A DNA stretch of 64,000 bases, taken from Mytilus californianus. Its lineage: Eukaryota. Below are positions 42,739 through 55,665 of the stretch, in pieces. A program made the position numbers and the translations under genes. The stretch lies in assembly GCF_021869535.1 (NCBI RefSeq), contig NW_026262745.1:19592001-19656000 (forward strand). Reading direction: 5' to 3'. The stretch's first letter is position 1. The number at the start of each line of letters is the position of its first letter. The notes below the pieces were generated by a model. It worked only from the letters and a program-made list of their open reading frames with translations. It had not been told where the DNA came from and made no database searches.

Positions 42739-45700
42739 CATAGATATAATAGCCATAGATAAAGTACTCAGAATATATCACACTGAGCCCCATGTAGTTT
42801 CCTTTGAAATATCAAACGCATGGCACGGCGCGAAGTGGCCTGTGATGTAGATGATATCTGCCGACATCCTCCCAATAGACTAATTTCTTATCATAATTAT
42901 ATTTAAATTATCGGGCACGCGTCTTATCAGCTGATAATTAATATGCGTTACCTGTCTCAAGTAAAAATATGACGTGAGGCGGTAGCAATGAAAAGCGTCT
43001 GGTTGTAAAAATTGTTCGGATTGTAATTTATTTGGAGAAAATCGGTCAACAAATAAAAAGGTTATGCTGTTGTTGAAATAATAAAATAGAGAAATTATGG
43101 AATATGGACTTAACAGGCACGTAAAATTAAATTGTCATAGCACTTGCATCGGTTGCACTCGGGAAATAAGACCTGTATGATTGACAAGAGGAGACATATC
43201 AACTACTGATGGTATACGTGGTTAAGAGGTCGAACCTGGTCGAATTTTTCTATGGCGAGTTAAAGACAATTCTTTTTTATCGAGATTCAAACAGTATAAT
43301 CACATTTTAGACCAGAAAAACAAAATCAATAAATTTTAGAACACAAAAAAAGTGTTGAAACTTTCTGTCGTAACGGTAACACGAAGTTTTTTAAAAGTAA
43401 AGAGAGAAAAAATGAATACATTATAAATTTTAAAACGCCGTTTGGTGAAGAAAACGTAAGTGGTGGACATACTGAATACATTAAATAATTGGGAAATAGC
43501 ACAATTATCATGTCTCTGATTTTTTTTCTTTTATATATATATAATACTTTTCCGCTTACATTTTTGTTGTTGCTTGTTTTGCAATTCAATAGACAGGTTT
43601 TTCCGATTATCTGCCTTAGTTTGTGACGCGACTCCTAGGCGTCGTCGTAGTACGATCGCCATTACAACCGTGAAAAAATATAAACAAGATATAGATCTAT
43701 ATGCCCTGACCGCATATAATTAAATGTAAACACAAGAATGTGAAGTCGTACTTGACCTCGGCAAAATTATATGTGCTATTAACATAATAAAGTAATTAGA
43801 TAAGGATTCTAAGTGTATTGCAGGCCAGGTGTCGTGTCCTTAAAATATAACTGTATTTGATATGTTACACGCTGGACATAATAAATTTTATACGAATAAT
43901 AATCCCAGGTTACATGTCGATTATAATCATTTGGTTATCATACTATTAATAATTATAACGCATACATAAATAAAATAATAAATAGTCTTGACCGGTCGAA
44001 TGTGATATATCAGCAAAACCAGCTAGGGTGCAATTTTATCAAATCATAGAAATTTCTGTGGTCAGACCTATAATGGGACAGTCCTAAAATTTAATAATCC
44101 ACTAATCAGACAGTCCTACAGAAACGAGAGTTTTGTGCTTTTTGCTTGACTCACGTATAATGCTCAAAATTGAGTGACATTGGTGTCCGCATGAATTGCG
44201 CTATATGCTATCGATGCGTCGGGCCATATGTAGATATAATTTTGCGATTAGAATATGGGCTTAAGAAGTTTTGAACTTTCACGGCCCATGTATTCCTATA
44301 ATTATTATGTGTTCGATTCCAATTTCTTTTGCAGAAAATTACTCGACATACAACTACTATAGTATGTATAGTATATAACATCATGATCCAGTCCGTGCTT
44401 AATATAACTGAATGCCATTAAACCACCAAAGACTCCAACATGTAAATTCAAAGCGATGATTAGTTATGTTTTAGAAGCGTCATTTAGTGTTTTGCCAACT
44501 CCCCTCCCAACCACTCAAAACAGAGGTCTCGTAGATTTTCATCCTTAATCCGTATTAGACCCTTATAAGTCCCCGATGTATATAATACAGTGAAATATAG
44601 TATTACAATATAACATTAGGAGTGTATATCGGACCGTCGGACTACTGAACTGTCGGAATTTCGGGTTGTCGGATTAAAGCTACGCTTTCGTAGGTTCTAG
44701 TAAACTATTTGATTACCAAGAGTTAGACCTTTGAAAAATCCTTTCTAATGTATAAAATTTTAGAATTCATGCAAAGAATAATCTACTGAGGAAAGTTCAA
44801 ATCAACAGAAGTAACTGTATACGTCTTATAAAGAAAATAAAGTGAATATATATTATAAGCACACAGATCTACATATATATATAAAACCTTTAAGTTTTTC
44901 AGCAAGAACTGCACCCAGGAATAAAAAAGTTTACAAGCCTTACATTTCGAAATATTAAAGCGCCGTCCCAAATAACCAAATATCAAAGTAAGCGTTAACC
45001 TCATCAGTACGATCGAGCAAAAGAAAACTTAATTACATAAGTATACAATAAGGCGTCACTGTCATTCATAATATTTCTTAAACGGCTGACGAGGTCCCCC
45101 CCTTCCCTTTATTTAATTTTGAATTCCTTACTCCTCTGTTAACAATATTTTTGTCTGAGTTAATATTGTCGGAATGTCTGTCCATTTTGCAGCATAAAGA
45201 TACTATAGAAGTCGTCATGAATGAAAAAAGTTCGTCTCTTCACACTGGGTTGATTTGCTTGCAATTATAACTACATGTAGCCTCGGGGTAGGTTTCATTG
45301 TTATTAGCTTCATTTATGGTTAATCCAGACATTTTACCGCTTCCACTACAAAAGTTTGGGGGCACGCGCCCTCCCCTCTTTTTTTCAAAATCCTGGATCC
45401 GCATCTGATGTCGCGGTGGATCTTCTATACAAAAAAGAGGCAGATGCATTGTAGTCATCGGATTAAATTTTATAGATTAATTTAAGTTTTTAACAGTCGT
45501 TTTACAACGTGTAAACATTCGTCTGCCAGTGTTATTTTACTTCAGTCATAACAAGTTTTATTTAAAAAAAAACGGATTGTGTGCAGTGGCACATCATCCA
45601 ATAAAAATGTCCGGACCATACAAAAACCCGTTTATGCAAAGTTTGTTTTATGTTTATACGGCTTTGATCCACTCAGGTTTGTTGGCTCGTCTGAAGGCAT

Positions 45701-46609
45701 CACATAAGACGTATATGGAATCTAACGAGGGCAGTCATTGTGCAACTCGTTGTGTAATTCGCATATTAATTGTTTCCACACCCGAAGTTTTTTATGATTA
45801 TTTGTAAAACTATTAACTGCACAAGAAATGCTTCCATGTTTTTTATAACTTTGAGCAGCATCCATAGTAAAATAAATCAGAAAATGAAAGAAATACAAAT
45901 GTAAACAGAAAATCGATAATGTTTTGATCAATACACGTGCGTTATTTTTCACGGTTGTAATGGCGGATCAGGCACGTGAGAGGTTAATGGATGCGCCCAT
46001 GTTTTCTAGGTTAATTACAGATAAACCCGTCTATAGCGGATGGTTTAATCTGATTGTCGATTTCATTTTTGAAGTAAACAATATATATCCTTCTTAGAAT
46101 TGTGTTAGGGGTGTTATTCGTACTATAAATACGGCTATATAACCCTCCATAAGTCTGCCCGTTTAGTTGTCAACGTACTTTTTGTGTACTTTATTTTTAT
46201 AACTTCTTTGGTTTGGTATGAAACTAGTTGTGTATTTTCTATTACTGTGATTTATTATATGATCGTTGAATTCACAACGTTCGGTGGAAAATATTTGATG
46301 AATATTCAGGACTTATAAGAACAATGTAATTATACATCGATCACCTAGACTTGTATTTTAAGCACGTATATAAACATTCCAAAAAAAATGATGTACCGGA
46401 AGATAACGATAACTACCGAACTTGTCCGAAGAATGACATATTACTCTCCCGATTCACAATTTATTAGATATCGATAGACGGCAATTGCCAATGAAGGATA
46501 ATTAACACCAAGCGTGACATGTATATAATAAGAGGGTGATAAAATTTCGGCAAATATCATCTGCTTTTGATGTGGGTTCAGTACTTTATCTATGGCTATT
46601 ATATCTATG
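42739..46609. mobile_element. 3,871-bp non-autonomous P-superfamily-like DNA transposon
   Basis: 30-bp perfect TIR CATAGATATAATAGCCATAGATAAAGTACT (42739-42768; rc 46580-46609); 7-bp TSD GTTGACC (42732-42738, 46610-46616); shared subterminal motif AGATGATAT(C/T)TGCCGA in both arms; CpG-rich; no transposase ORF. CA...TG termini with a 7-8 bp TSD fit the P superfamily. Confidence 0.85.
43657..45965. mobile_element. 2,309-bp segment bounded by 21-bp perfect inverted repeats; probable nested TIR element
   Basis: CGCCATTACAACCGTGAAAAA at 43657-43677 and its reverse complement at 45945-45965; 3-bp direct repeat GAT on both sides (43654-43656, 45966-45968). Confidence 0.55.
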
Positions 46610-46771
46610 GTTGACCACAAATATAAATGATCAACAAAGTACAAATTTTCAATAGGCTTGCAAGCAGAATTTGGGAAAATCATAAAATCAAATATCCACA
46701 AATATACAATTTTTCCTCAATCTACAGAAGTTGATATCCACAAAAATAAATGAATCCACAGTACTTTTAAT

Positions 46772-49700
46772 TCAAGTGTAGCAAAGTACGATAGGTGCAT
46801 GATGACTCTTGAGGTCCTCCATCCTATAAACTGAATACTGCAAACAGATATCCAACATGTTCAAAGGAGTTAAAATGGTAATTCATCACATAAATACTCA
46901 TTCAAAAGCATAATATATTTAAAACATGTATTACATCTTAAAGAGATGCATTAGCTAGTGCTCAAAATTCCCCATGAAGATTTTGAGAAGTTTTGCAGGT
47001 ATGTACCTCACTTACTATATAAATATTGTGACAGATAGTGCCATGTTAAAATAAAAAGTAGCTTAGAATACACAAGAGAAAATACATCCTGAAAAAATAT
47101 ACAAACCTGTTCTTTTTCTATTTCCTTTCTTCTCTTATAATCCAATTGAATGTCTATCAATATTCCAACTGAAAGAGAGAACAAATCAGGAATCTAAATA
47201 TGAACCCCGACAGTTTACAGTGACCTAATGGTTATAGCCCTTAACTTAGGATATTACTAAATAAATGTTTGGACAACAAAACCATAAATAACTTGTGTAT
47301 CATTATGTTAGCCAATGTTGTGTAAACCAATTTGGCTTTATTGGTACTTAATAAAATTTAACAATTGAAATAGGTAAAGATCAAAAGTTAATCAGATAAA
47401 ACTTCAAAGCCAAAGGCAATTTTTACCTGAGTGAGTTATGTCCCCTTTTTACTTAGATCAGTACTGAACAAATTGGGTAATTGGTTAAAAGTTTGCAATT
47501 ATGTATTAAGCATACAGGTGCCCCTTGGTGCTTGAGCCACATGAAATTTAACATGTAGATTTCAATAAAATAAAGGTGATAAAACAGTTGTCTATTCTCC
47601 TTTGATCTCATTATCTATTTTATCATTTAATTACAATTTAATTTTATAGCCACTGTTTGAAAACAATGGAACTCAGATACCTAACAAAGGTATAACTGTA
47701 ACTGAGTTTTATGGCGGGAAGTTACACAATTAAACGACTGTGAACTAAAGTAATAAACTAGTACAAATAGATAAACTAGATACTGCATGGGGACAATGGT
47801 AACTTAATTGTATAACAGGCTACTGTTGAAATATGTAAGTTATCTTTCTCTCAAATCAAATTGTACAGAAAATTTGTAATTTGATTATTTTTAATTTTTT
47901 TATCAAATTAATAAAAATAAATTGCAAAAGGCAACAAAGCATGTTTGAACAAGAAATAAGCTGTTATTCAAGTTAATTTTGTCTTAAATCTCTCCACCAT
48001 CTGAAAACTGTCAAAAAACTGAATGGGACTGAGTAAGCTGATTAAATTGGAGTTACATATAAGTCTATTGTTTAAGGGCAAACAATTCAGTAGCAAGGGC
48101 AGATAATAATGTATCAAAATCAAATGCATTGTTGTCATAACTTTGCTAAAATCACTTACATCATCAAATACGTTACATGAATTTAAAAGAATTTGAAAAG
48201 GAAAGCAAACAAGTTGTATATCTAATCGTGTGAAATTTACTGCTGGGGCATACAGTTTGAGGCAAAAGAAAATTGTTTACATTTCTATCACCAATAAGTT
48301 CTTATATGTCAGTTATTCATTTAGCATTTTGAAGTACAGCAGGAATAGCTGCACAATGATGTTGCATTAAGAATACACTGTGACGTAATTCAGCACCAAA
48401 AAAGAAAAATTATACATGTACCTGTAACATGGGTGGTGTTGATCATGCTGACCAGTACATTCAGTACTATTGTTACAACCATAAAACCTACAAGTGGGGC
48501 AAAAGAGTTTTCTATGTGCTCATGGAAATGGCTAAATTTAATGCATTCAAACTCTTTCTCATGAGTACCAACCACCAAACAAATAAGACATTCTTTGACC
48601 TTTCTATTTCTCTAGCTAAGGGGTTGGTAAATGGTTATATTTCTGAGACATGTAGAGGAAGACCATCTATTATGCCTGTTGAGAACCATCTAGTTCAACG
48701 TCACGTTACATGAGAAGCTGAAATAGTCCCCAGGTTCCTATCAAGCAGACTAAGTTTGGATGTCTGGAATGTGGAAAACACCTGTGTCTGCCTAAGTGTT
48801 TCTCAAGGTACCACACAGAGAGGAACTGCTATAATTAAGAATTGAGACCAGTATATTTGTTGTTCTGTTTTCAACATTTGTTTTGTATTTATGACTATAG
48901 TTGACAGTTTTGTGTTTAAACTTTTATAAAAGCTTTTATAATAAAAGAACAGAGTTCCAATGTCCCCTGCGTTGCACATATTTTATCTATCCAAGGTACA
49001 ATGGTAATAATTAAAAAAAAACACTTTCTTTTTGTTCTTTAATTTTTTTTATTAATATCTTAGAAAAATTAAGGCTTCAGAGCAAATGCAATATGATTTC
49101 CATTATAATTAATATTTCCAAGGGGCATAACTCATTAAACATATTTGATCAGCACTTATTTTCGAAAGTGTCAGACATTGCTGATATAAACCTATGCTAT
49201 AAGTTTCATAAAATTCTGGCAATAACTGTACACATGAGATAGCTAACGAGGCCATTTTTCATAAATTTAATATTTCCAAGGGGCATTACTCTTTTAAAAA
49301 AAGTCGATTGGCTACCATTATAGAACTTGTCCGAGATATAGCTGATATTAACCTATAGTATAAGTTTTAAAAAAATCTGGCAAGAATTGTACCCGTGAGA
49401 GCACTGACGAGACCATTTTCCATAAATTTAATATTTCCAAGGGGCATAACTCTTTTAAAAAAGTCGATCGGCCACCATTATAGAACTTGTCCGAGATATT
49501 GCTGATATTAACCTATAGTATAAGTTTTATAAAAATCTGGCAAGAATTGTACACGTGAGAGAGCTTACAAGGCCATTTTCCATAAATTTAATATTTCCAA
49601 AGGGGCATATCTCTTTTAAAATAAATTGCTTCGCCGAGCACAGCTGGATACGACCGCAGAGGTCCAACCCTGAACAGTTGGGGCAAAAATGGACATTATA

Positions 49701-52700
49701 TTCGCGCTTGATACAGATCTGAATTTGGATTGTAATTAAATATGATACATAATAGGTTTCTGACACAGAATAACTGTAGTCAAAGAACTTAGAACTGGTT
49801 ATATGATTTGAATTTATATTCAATTTTTTGAAAAAATTGACCCCCCCCCCCCCCAATTTTTTTTTCACCTCCCCCCCTTATTGGTATCACATCGTCGTTG
49901 TCCAAAGACATTTGGTTTCTGAACAATAACCTTAGTAAATGTAAATAGAAATCTATGAAATTTAAACATAAGATTTATAACCACAAAAGGAAGGTTGGCA
50001 TTGATTTTGGGGGTTATAGTCCTAACAGTTTAGGAATTAGGGGCCAAAAAGGGGCCCAAATAAGCATTTTTCTAGTTTCCAGACAATAACTTGTGGAATG
50101 GTGTATGGATCTCTCTGAAATTATACCACAAGTTTCCATACCACAAAGGGATGGTTAGGATTGGCTTTGGTTTTTTTTGGCTCAAACAGTTTAGGAATTA
50201 GGGGCAAAAAGTGAGAAAAAACAAGGGTGTCCTGGTTAATGGACAATTACTTAAGTACAAATTACAATGTTAGGGAGGTAATTCAATGTTGTGTTTGAAT
50301 TACCATCCTTACACTGCTTTTAAATTATGTATAAACAAATTTTGTATTGTCTTGAGGTGATTAGCTGTCAATTTATTTTTAGAAGTTACTATTTTGATAA
50401 TTTCAAAAATGCTGATTAAGGTAAATTAATTTTTGCCATGATTATGTATGTCATTTTATATTTTAAGACTTTTATGATGTATTTAAATGGGTAACTATGG
50501 TTGCAAACTCCATTGCAAATTTGAATTGAGATTATGACCATATCTTAAGGGAAAGAATCTTTTTTTGGTAAAAGGGGGGAGGTTAAAAAAAATGCGAGAG
50601 GGGGGGGGGGGTAAAAAAATTGGTGGTGGGGGGATGGGGACAATTTTTCTCCTCAAGATTTCAGAAATCAAAAAGAAAATTTCTTCAAATATTTATTTTT
50701 TGGAAAAAGGGGGTGGGTGGTCGGGGGATAAAAAAAAAATTAAAAAGGATGGGGGGGGGGGGGGGGCGAAGCAATTTATTTTTTTTATTGGTATAGTGAA
50801 TGTCAGTATGCTCATATAAGGATAAAAGAAAGACAACTCCAATGTTACACATAAGCATTCAAAATAATAGATGGTGTTGTCTCCCTTAGTAAGTAAGTAA
50901 GTAAGTAATCTTTATTTAAAGTCGGGATGCATATATACATAATAACAAAGAACATGAGCTCTTGAAAGCTCTTTAACCGACTGATATTAATAAACAAGAC
51001 ATACATGTAATAACATCAGATTCATATACAACACAAACATACAGACAGCACATACATGTATTAATCATGTTAATACATAGATAGCACATACAAAATAAAA
51101 GCTAGGCAAGATATATATTAAAACAAATGTCAAATATTAGCACATAGTAACACACAATATGTGTATCCAAGTAGCACATGCAAAATTAAACACTATAAAG
51201 CACAAGCAAAAGACTGCAAGCAGCTACAGCACAGGTAATGCATAAGCAAAGCAAATAAATAATAAAAAAATAACTGCAAAAAATAAAAATTAAAAACAAA
51301 AAACAAACAGCAGGCTTCAAGGTCAAGTCATGTGGCAGCAAGGAGTTACATTATTTACAAGAACTGCAGGTACAACAATCAACAATAGATTGAATCGATA
51401 TTTCAATTCTTAGGTTAGTTTTTCTTTTTATTACATTGACCATTGACTTTTGAATAGAATAAAGTCAAAAATTAAAGGAACTATATCTTTTTCTATGCAT
51501 TCTCAATTGTTTAAAGCAAGGTCATCTAAAACTTCTTGACAACACTCATTGATGTATGACATCAGAGGAGTGAAATTATCAGATTTATTTCACATGTGAA
51601 ATTATCGCTTTTTATTTCACTGGGAATTCTGGGTAATTCATTGCAACCAATGTAATAAGTTCTTATAATTTGAGGTGTACTGATTGATAATTTAGTCTTG
51701 GAAAACAGGGTTCATTTTATTAATTGAAGTTGGCTTTGAACTAGCTTTTCGTGACTGACATTAGTCAAATGTCAGTACTGTCATTTGTCTCTTTGCTAGT
51801 TGTTTTACTTGCTTTGTACTGATCTGAAAAGTCTAGACATCTCCATGTTTGTAAGACTACCTGTTCAATATGTTGCATGATAAGTCTTTGCATCAGCTTC
51901 TGACAAGAAGGATCAATGTCTTTAAAGGCTTCTGTTATCAAGGATCAAGATTCGTGTACACCAAGTTTTGTTTCTGGGTCTTCCTACAAAAAAAAAACTG
52001 TCAATACTTAATATCATCCGCCATCTAGGATAACATATCCTGTACACCAAGTCTTGTTTCTGGGTCTTCCTACAAAAAAATTGATGAATAAGAGATCGAG
52101 TTTACATTTGGTATCAATCTGCTGATTTTTGAGGAAATAAGGGGCTTTGGAAATTTGGTGAAAATATCAGTTATACTGACTTGTTTTCGAAACGCCTTCA
52201 AATATTGAGCTGATTTTTAGTATGCAAGTCTACTATGATGAGTTACAGATCAAATTAAATTATTGTTCTCTGCTGATTTTTTGCCGAAATTACAGGCTTT
52301 GGACTTTGAAAATTTCGTAAAAATAACAATTACATGGACTTTCATTCTCAAATTTCCACTTCTAAAAATGACTTCAAACTTATTTTGCAATCGGGCCATT
52401 CACGTCATTCCAACACATCTAGTTTTTGTAGAAAGACCCAGAAACAAGACCTGGTGTACAGGATAAGTTATACTGGATGGCAGATAATATTAAGTATTGA
52501 CAGGTTTTTCCTGGGTCTTCCTACCAAAAAACCCCTGTCAATTCTTAATATTATCTGCCATCAAGGATAACACATTCTGTACACCAAGTCTTGTTTCTTG
52601 GTCTTCCTACACAAAAAAAATGTTAACCTTTAGTAACATCTGCCAGCTAGAAAAAGATTCCTGTACACCATATCTTGTTTTTTTTTTATGTTCCTACAAA

Positions 52701-55665
52701 AACATGTCAATTATTGATATGCCATCAAAGATATGGATCCTGTATGTAGAGTCTAGTTTATGGGTCTTCATACAAAAAACATGTCAACAATTAATATTAG
52801 CCAATAGTGACAATCTTGTCTTCAGAATAGAGTTAACATTATTTGTTTTTGCATTGACAAATATAGATTATCTGAACAAGGTGAATACAGAAATAAGAGT
52901 TTCAGGTTTCCATATGTTTCCTTGTCAACCAAAGTGACATCTGGCATAGTATACTTGAATTTCCCATTCTTTTTTTTCACTAATTCAAAATATTTCATTT
53001 TCCCTTTGTTCCAGAGAAGACAGAACTTTCAACTACTTAACTTATAATGAGTGTCATACCAAAAACAACTGTAATATACATTGGAATATCAAATTAAAAT
53101 GTTTGACTGACTTTACTCATAGCATCAAAGAACTTCTGTACTAAAGCTACATCTTTCTTCAAAAGCTGTGGAGCTCTATTTTCCCCACTGCTACATAAGC
53201 CAAGTTTCTTAATTTAGCTTCCTGTAATTGCAAAAGCAAATCATTTATTATACATTATAGCTCAATTTAAAAATCATATTGCTAAAGTTCTACAATAATG
53301 TGGTCATTATGGGTACCAGTTTTCATGGATTTAGCGGGAAATAATATTTTAGTGGAGTTTTGATAAATTCTTCATACAAGCATACCAAAAATTTGTGTAG
53401 TGATACAAATACACTATACAAATCCTTGAGTATACAGACAACACAAATTGTGTTGTCCATTTACCTTTGTTCATCACTTATTGCCAAGAATTCAACTTAA
53501 TTTAGTACTCATGAATGACTATTAAAGAACTCCCCAGTTTCTTATCAACGAATAGTTAGCTTATTGTAAGAGAAATGGATAAATTACAATTAATCATACT
53601 GGTAATGTTACTTATCCAAAGATCCTTATTTCTATGTATTAAACAGAAATTTACAACAAAAGTCTATTCAATCAAAAAAAATACTTCGATAGATTTTTTA
53701 AAATTGATCTATAAAGGAAATAAAGTTAACCAATATATATACAGTAAAAGGACTAAAGGGACAAAAATTTTATAACTATTCTTGCCCTTTTATAGGCCAC
53801 CTATTGGATATTTTATCTCCCTAAGTATTTAATGTAATTTGTGAATTACAATGGATTGGTGCTTCATGCCATGCAGCAAATTTTTATATTTCTCAAAATA
53901 ATGCGTTAATTTCCGACTAAGAGTTAAACTGCCTGGTACTAGATGAACTCAGTACGTGGGTCTAATAAAAAAAAACATGTAATATTTGCTGCTGTGATCA
54001 TTTCTACCAGTTAAGGTAAATCTATAAATAGGCTTCAAATACAATAGGGTTGGTACATTGTAAAACACATAAACTACTGATTTTTATAATTAAACAAAAC
54101 TTACATCAGTTGCGTCACCAATCAGTGTTACCATACCAGATAATAACACAGGAGCTACAGGTGCAAACTTATCGGAAATAAACACATTTATTCTAAAACC
54201 AGTTGTTGGCATGATACGGGTTATGTTCTTCTCATATATTTTATGATGGTATGATACTAAACCCCTAACGGGAGGGATTGTACTTGATTTTCATATGATG
54301 AAGACATAATCTTTCAATCAGTTTAATTGAGGTTTGGAGCTGGCATGTCAGTAACTGCTAGTAGGCCTTTGTTCATTTATGTATCATTGTCATTTTGCTT
54401 AGTTTCTTTTGTTACCTTTTTTGACATCGGACTCGGACTTCTTTTAAACTGAGTTCTGAGTTTTACTGTGCGTATTGCTTTGTGTTTCTTTTTTCTACAT
54501 TGACTAGAGGTATAGGGGGAGGGTTGAGATCTCACAAAACATGTTTTAAACCCCGCCGAAATTTTGCGCCTGTCCCAAGTCAGGAGCCTCTGGCTTTTGT
54601 TAGTCTTGTATGTTTTTTAATTTTAGTTCATTTATATGTTTTGGAGTTTAGTGTGATGTCCATTTTCATTGAACTAGCACACAATTTTATTTAGGGGCCA
54701 GCTGAGGACCACCTCCGGGTGCAGGATTTTCTCGCTGCATTGAAGACCCATTGGTGGCCTTCGGCTGTTGTCTGCTCTTTGGTCGGGTTGTTGTCTCTTT
54801 GACATATTCCCCATTTCCATTCTCAATTTTATTATTGTCAGCACAACTGAAAAACAAAATAATGTATAATTCTGACGTGTTTTTCCACACACGGTGACCA
54901 TAATTAGGTGTAATTTGAAGTATATATTTGGAACAGTCATTAAAAACAAAAGTTACCATGGTGAATTATAAAAGAGAATTCATTAGAAGAAATTTTTTAA
55001 ATCTACATGTACTGAACATTTTGTTTCACATTACATGAGAATGTGGAGCAGGATCTGCTTACTCTTCAGTAGCACCTGAGATTCCCGTTTTTTTTATGGG
55101 GTTCACGTTGCTCAATCTTTTTATGTTGCTTTTTGTGTTATACTGTTTGTCTTTTGGTTGTTTTTTCGTTTTATGCCATGTCATTGTCAATTTGTTTTTG
55201 ACTTATGAGTTTGAATATCCTTTTGATATCTTCCACATCACCTTAAGTAATTCAGTTACCAGTTTACACTACATTACTAACATAATATATACTCACTTCA
55301 AACAAACATGATGAACACATTGTACAGCCATATTCTTTAACTTGCCATTAGTGCTCTGTCCACACGAGCAGTCCAATATTACCTAAGACATAATATTTCC
55401 TAAAATTACACACAAGTTATAAAGAATGTTTATAAATTGAGTATTGCTTTTTAATAAGGTTATAAAAGAAGTATTTTGTTTTTTTTTATACATGTTATCT
55501 CTTGCTTTTAGGAAGAAAAGAAAGGTCTCTAGTCTACATAATACTTACCTGGATACAGGAAGAAAAGACATTTGCAATATCCCTGGCTCTCAGGAAGAAT
55601 GGGAAAATTTTCAGTCTTGTTCTTGTACATGCTAGTCGCCTTTTATGGTCAGGTTTTATTACTGG
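46772..55665 (-). CDS. Candidate multi-exon gene, 3' part, product unknown
   Basis: 55665-55549 (PVIKPDHKRRLACTRTRLKIFPFFLRARDIANVFSSCIQ, donor gtaagt); 54167-54137 or -54105 (FAPVAPVLLS[GMVTLIGDATD]); 53495-53465; 53190-53117; 47168-47107; 46837-46772 (stop). The last four read EFLAISDEQSSGENRAPQLLKKDVALVQKFFDAMIGILIDIQLDYKRRKEIEKEQYSVYRMEDLKSHHAPIVLCYT*. Manual prediction; plus-strand exon candidates overlap it. Confidence 0.4.
48240..48838 (+). mobile_element. Decayed piggyBac transposase, C-terminal part
   Basis: MGGVDHADQYIQYY...KTYKWGKRVFYVLMEMAKFNAF matches the piggyBac DDD/E motif region (YN..MGGVD..DQ...KW.K.VF). After a frameshift, TKFGCLECGKHLCLPKCFSRYHT is the distal half of the Cys-rich domain. 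Stops and frameshifts present; no TIRs seen. Confidence 0.9.
49095..49615. repeat. About 3 tandem ~160-bp units (Helentron central-repeat / bivalve satellite-like)
   Basis: AATATTTCCAA(A)GGGGCAT marker at 49111, 49269, 49430 and 49590. Confidence 0.85.
49620..50780. mobile_element. 1.16-kb non-autonomous element with 16-bp terminal inverted repeats
   Basis: AATAAATTGCTTCGCC at 49620-49635 and its exact reverse complement at 50765-50780; long C and G tracts inside; T-rich flanks. Confidence 0.65.
50888..51460 (-). mobile_element. Probable LINE 3' end (CR1/L2-like)
   Basis: Minus strand ends AATAAA-GA-(TTAC)n; upstream is a remnant reading FILFKSQ...IVDCCTCSSCK*, resembling Cys-rich ORF2 C-termini. 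Confidence 0.45.
51945..52800. repeat. ~85-bp degenerate tandem repeat with one inverted copy and an interrupting fragment
   Basis: TGTACACCAAG marker at 51955, 52041, 52578 and 52662; inverted copy at about 52423-52503; unrelated repeat fragment at 52081-52420. Confidence 0.75.
54195..54835 (-). repeat. Long copy of the AATAAAATTGAGAATGG interspersed family
   Basis: Shares its terminal ~105 bp with 26165-26272; GC/CpG-richer than the flanks. Confidence 0.75.

Larger units (their letters stand above)
42679..46761. mobile_element. TA-flanked MITE (~207 bp reconstituted) split by the P-like element
   Basis: TA|CTGTGACATCATT at 42679 and AATGAATCCACAG|TA at 46761; the halves 42679-42738 and 46617-46761 abut once the insertion is removed. 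Related copies near 39320-39580 and 53310-53400. Confidence 0.7.

Noticed and set aside
50565-50819. Gly/Lys-rich 84-aa ORF
   Set aside because: A product of G and A homopolymer tracts inside a mobile element.
45961-53045. Plus-strand spliced ORF MADQALLKIPHEDFEKFCSHCLKTMELRYLTKATVEIYYLNKRRQNFQLLNL*
   Set aside because: The phases fit, but it needs weak acceptors and 14-16 nt exons chosen after the fact, starts inside a transposon, and conflicts with a similarly plausible minus-strand chain.
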